From Somniosus microcephalus (Eukaryota), in NCBI GenBank assembly GCA_052327205.1, contig CM126204.1, forward strand, positions 72,974,001-73,038,000: 64,000 nucleotides of DNA, written 5' to 3'. The notes under the pieces were generated by a model. That model was not told where the DNA came from. It did no database searches and was given only the letters and a program-made list of their open reading frames with translations. The position numbers and the translations under genes were made by a program. How positions within the stretch are numbered: position 1 is the first letter of the stretch; each line of letters opens with the position of its first letter. Below, one piece after another: positions 62,633 through 64,000 of the stretch.

Positions 62633-63192
62633 GGGCACTTTTCATATTTTGAGTGAAAAGGGAAAGCAATTTAATTGACTACTTGCATTATTTTCAGGCG
62701 AAATGATAGGTCGACTCCCATCCAAAACGGGTATGGATTTGGTGGAGCGACTGCACCACCTGCCTGAAGCCAGCGTCGGAAGGCTCGAACCATTTTCAGG
62801 TTTGGGCCTCTTCAGCATAATTTGGGGGAGCTGCCAAGCACTCAATGAAGTGACAGCTCATTGCCAAACCAGGGAATGGAAAATAGTCAGGTCCATTGTT
62901 GATTTGAGCTGGAGGTCTGTAGTAAAGGAGGGGGAGACGCACTGGTTGGGGCCCATCCAGCAGCTGGCAGCGGGCTGCAGTATTTTACTACTGCTCCTGA
63001 CCCCACAAAAAATTTCCCCCTTTAAAGACCACTGGTTAGGTACAAATGGGCATAGCATGTGATGTGCATGATCCACCCATTTTACCTGACAATTGCAAAC
63101 GAGGTCCTACAATTCATATGTTAGCAGCCTCTCACCTATTTTGAGCAGGCAGGCTGTGCATCCATTTACAGGCCTATCTGAAAATTGAGCCC
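62633..63192. mobile_element. Possible old MITE
   Basis: Imperfect termini GGGCACTTTTCATAT and ATCTGAAAATTGAGCCC, with raised GC. No TSD is recognisable. Confidence 0.4.
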
Positions 63193-63235
63193 AAGGGACA
63201 TCGCAGTGCATCCCCATTTTCTACTGCCAGCCGCC

Positions 63236-63646
63236 TTTTTCTTCATTCATTTTCAGGAAGTGGGCATCACTGGCAAGGCCGGCATTTATTGCACTTCCCT
63301 AGTTATCCTGATAAAGTGGTATGCAACCTAATGGCTTGCTAGGCCACTTCAGAGGGCAGTTAGGAGTCAACCACATGGGTGTGCATTTGAAGTCACATAT
63401 AGGCCAGGCCAGGTAAGGACGGCAGCTTTCCTTCCCTGAAGGACATTAGTAAACCAGTTGGGGTTTTATGACAATCCAACAACTTCATGGTTACTTTTTA
63501 CTGATGCCAGTTTTTTATTTCAGGATTTTAAAAATTTAATTAAAATTCTCAAGCTTCCATGGTGGTATTTGAACTCACGTTCTCCGGATTATTAGTCCAG
63601 ACCTCTGTATTACTAATCCAGTAACATAACCACTACATTACTGTAC
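63236..63646 (-). mobile_element. tRNA-derived SINE whose tail matches the CR1-clade LINE at 30161
   Basis: Minus-strand head GTACAGTAATGTAGTGGTTATG and GAGTTCAAATAC (A- and B-box-like). 63245-63305 parallels 30169-30230 (GTGGGC..CTGGCAAGGCC.GCATTTATTGC...CCCTA.TT). Confidence 0.8.
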
Positions 63647-64000
63647 GGATGGGTGGCGATTAAAAACCCCCCCTTGATGCAGTAAAGTAGAGGCAATATC
63701 TGAGCCTTCATTTTTTGATATTATTGAGCTGTTTTGAAGATGCCTGAGCCAATGCCGCTGGTAGACAGCTTTATTGTTGGGTCCCCATGGTGAACTATAG
63801 CCTACCTTCTCACCAAGGAATAATCCATACTCTGGTGTGAGTAAAAAGGAAAGCTATTTAAAAAAAAATCTTAATCTAATCTGCACCATAAAATGTATAT
63901 TTCAGTACTTCAGTCAAACAAATACTCATATATAGTAGAGTCAACTGCTTTTCAATAGGTTTCTGTTTTAACTTCCAATACTAATGATTTCTAAATGGAA

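Overview
This is vertebrate genomic DNA, almost certainly from a shark or other elasmobranch, judged by HE1/V-SINE, Deu-type SINE and HER1-like CR1 content. It carries the 5' part of the estrogen-related receptor gamma gene (ESRRG) on the + strand: coding exon 1 (17944-17999), exon 2 (46311-46723) and exon 3 (49245-49361). These splice in frame to give the N-terminus and both C4 zinc fingers. I saw no later exon in the window. The rest is AT-rich intronic or upstream DNA, with TE-poor stretches around the exons and TE-dense nests elsewhere. The TEs include a full-length CR1 with an intact esterase ORF1, inserted into a second CR1-clade LINE and itself hit by a chimeric V-SINE. There are also several truncated CR1 and L2 copies, three types of tRNA-derived SINE, at least five GC-rich MITEs with 3-bp TSDs (PIF/Harbinger-like), and Penelope-derived fragments, one with a sense-strand minimal hammerhead ribozyme core. 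I see no clear wholly new gene system. The best leads are (i) the SINE tail swap with a 104-bp templated inversion, (ii) the intronic hammerhead, and (iii) a uORF, a tandem donor and two candidate microexons that could control long versus short ERRgamma. Comparisons to human ESRRG and to repeat consensus sequences are from memory, not database searches.
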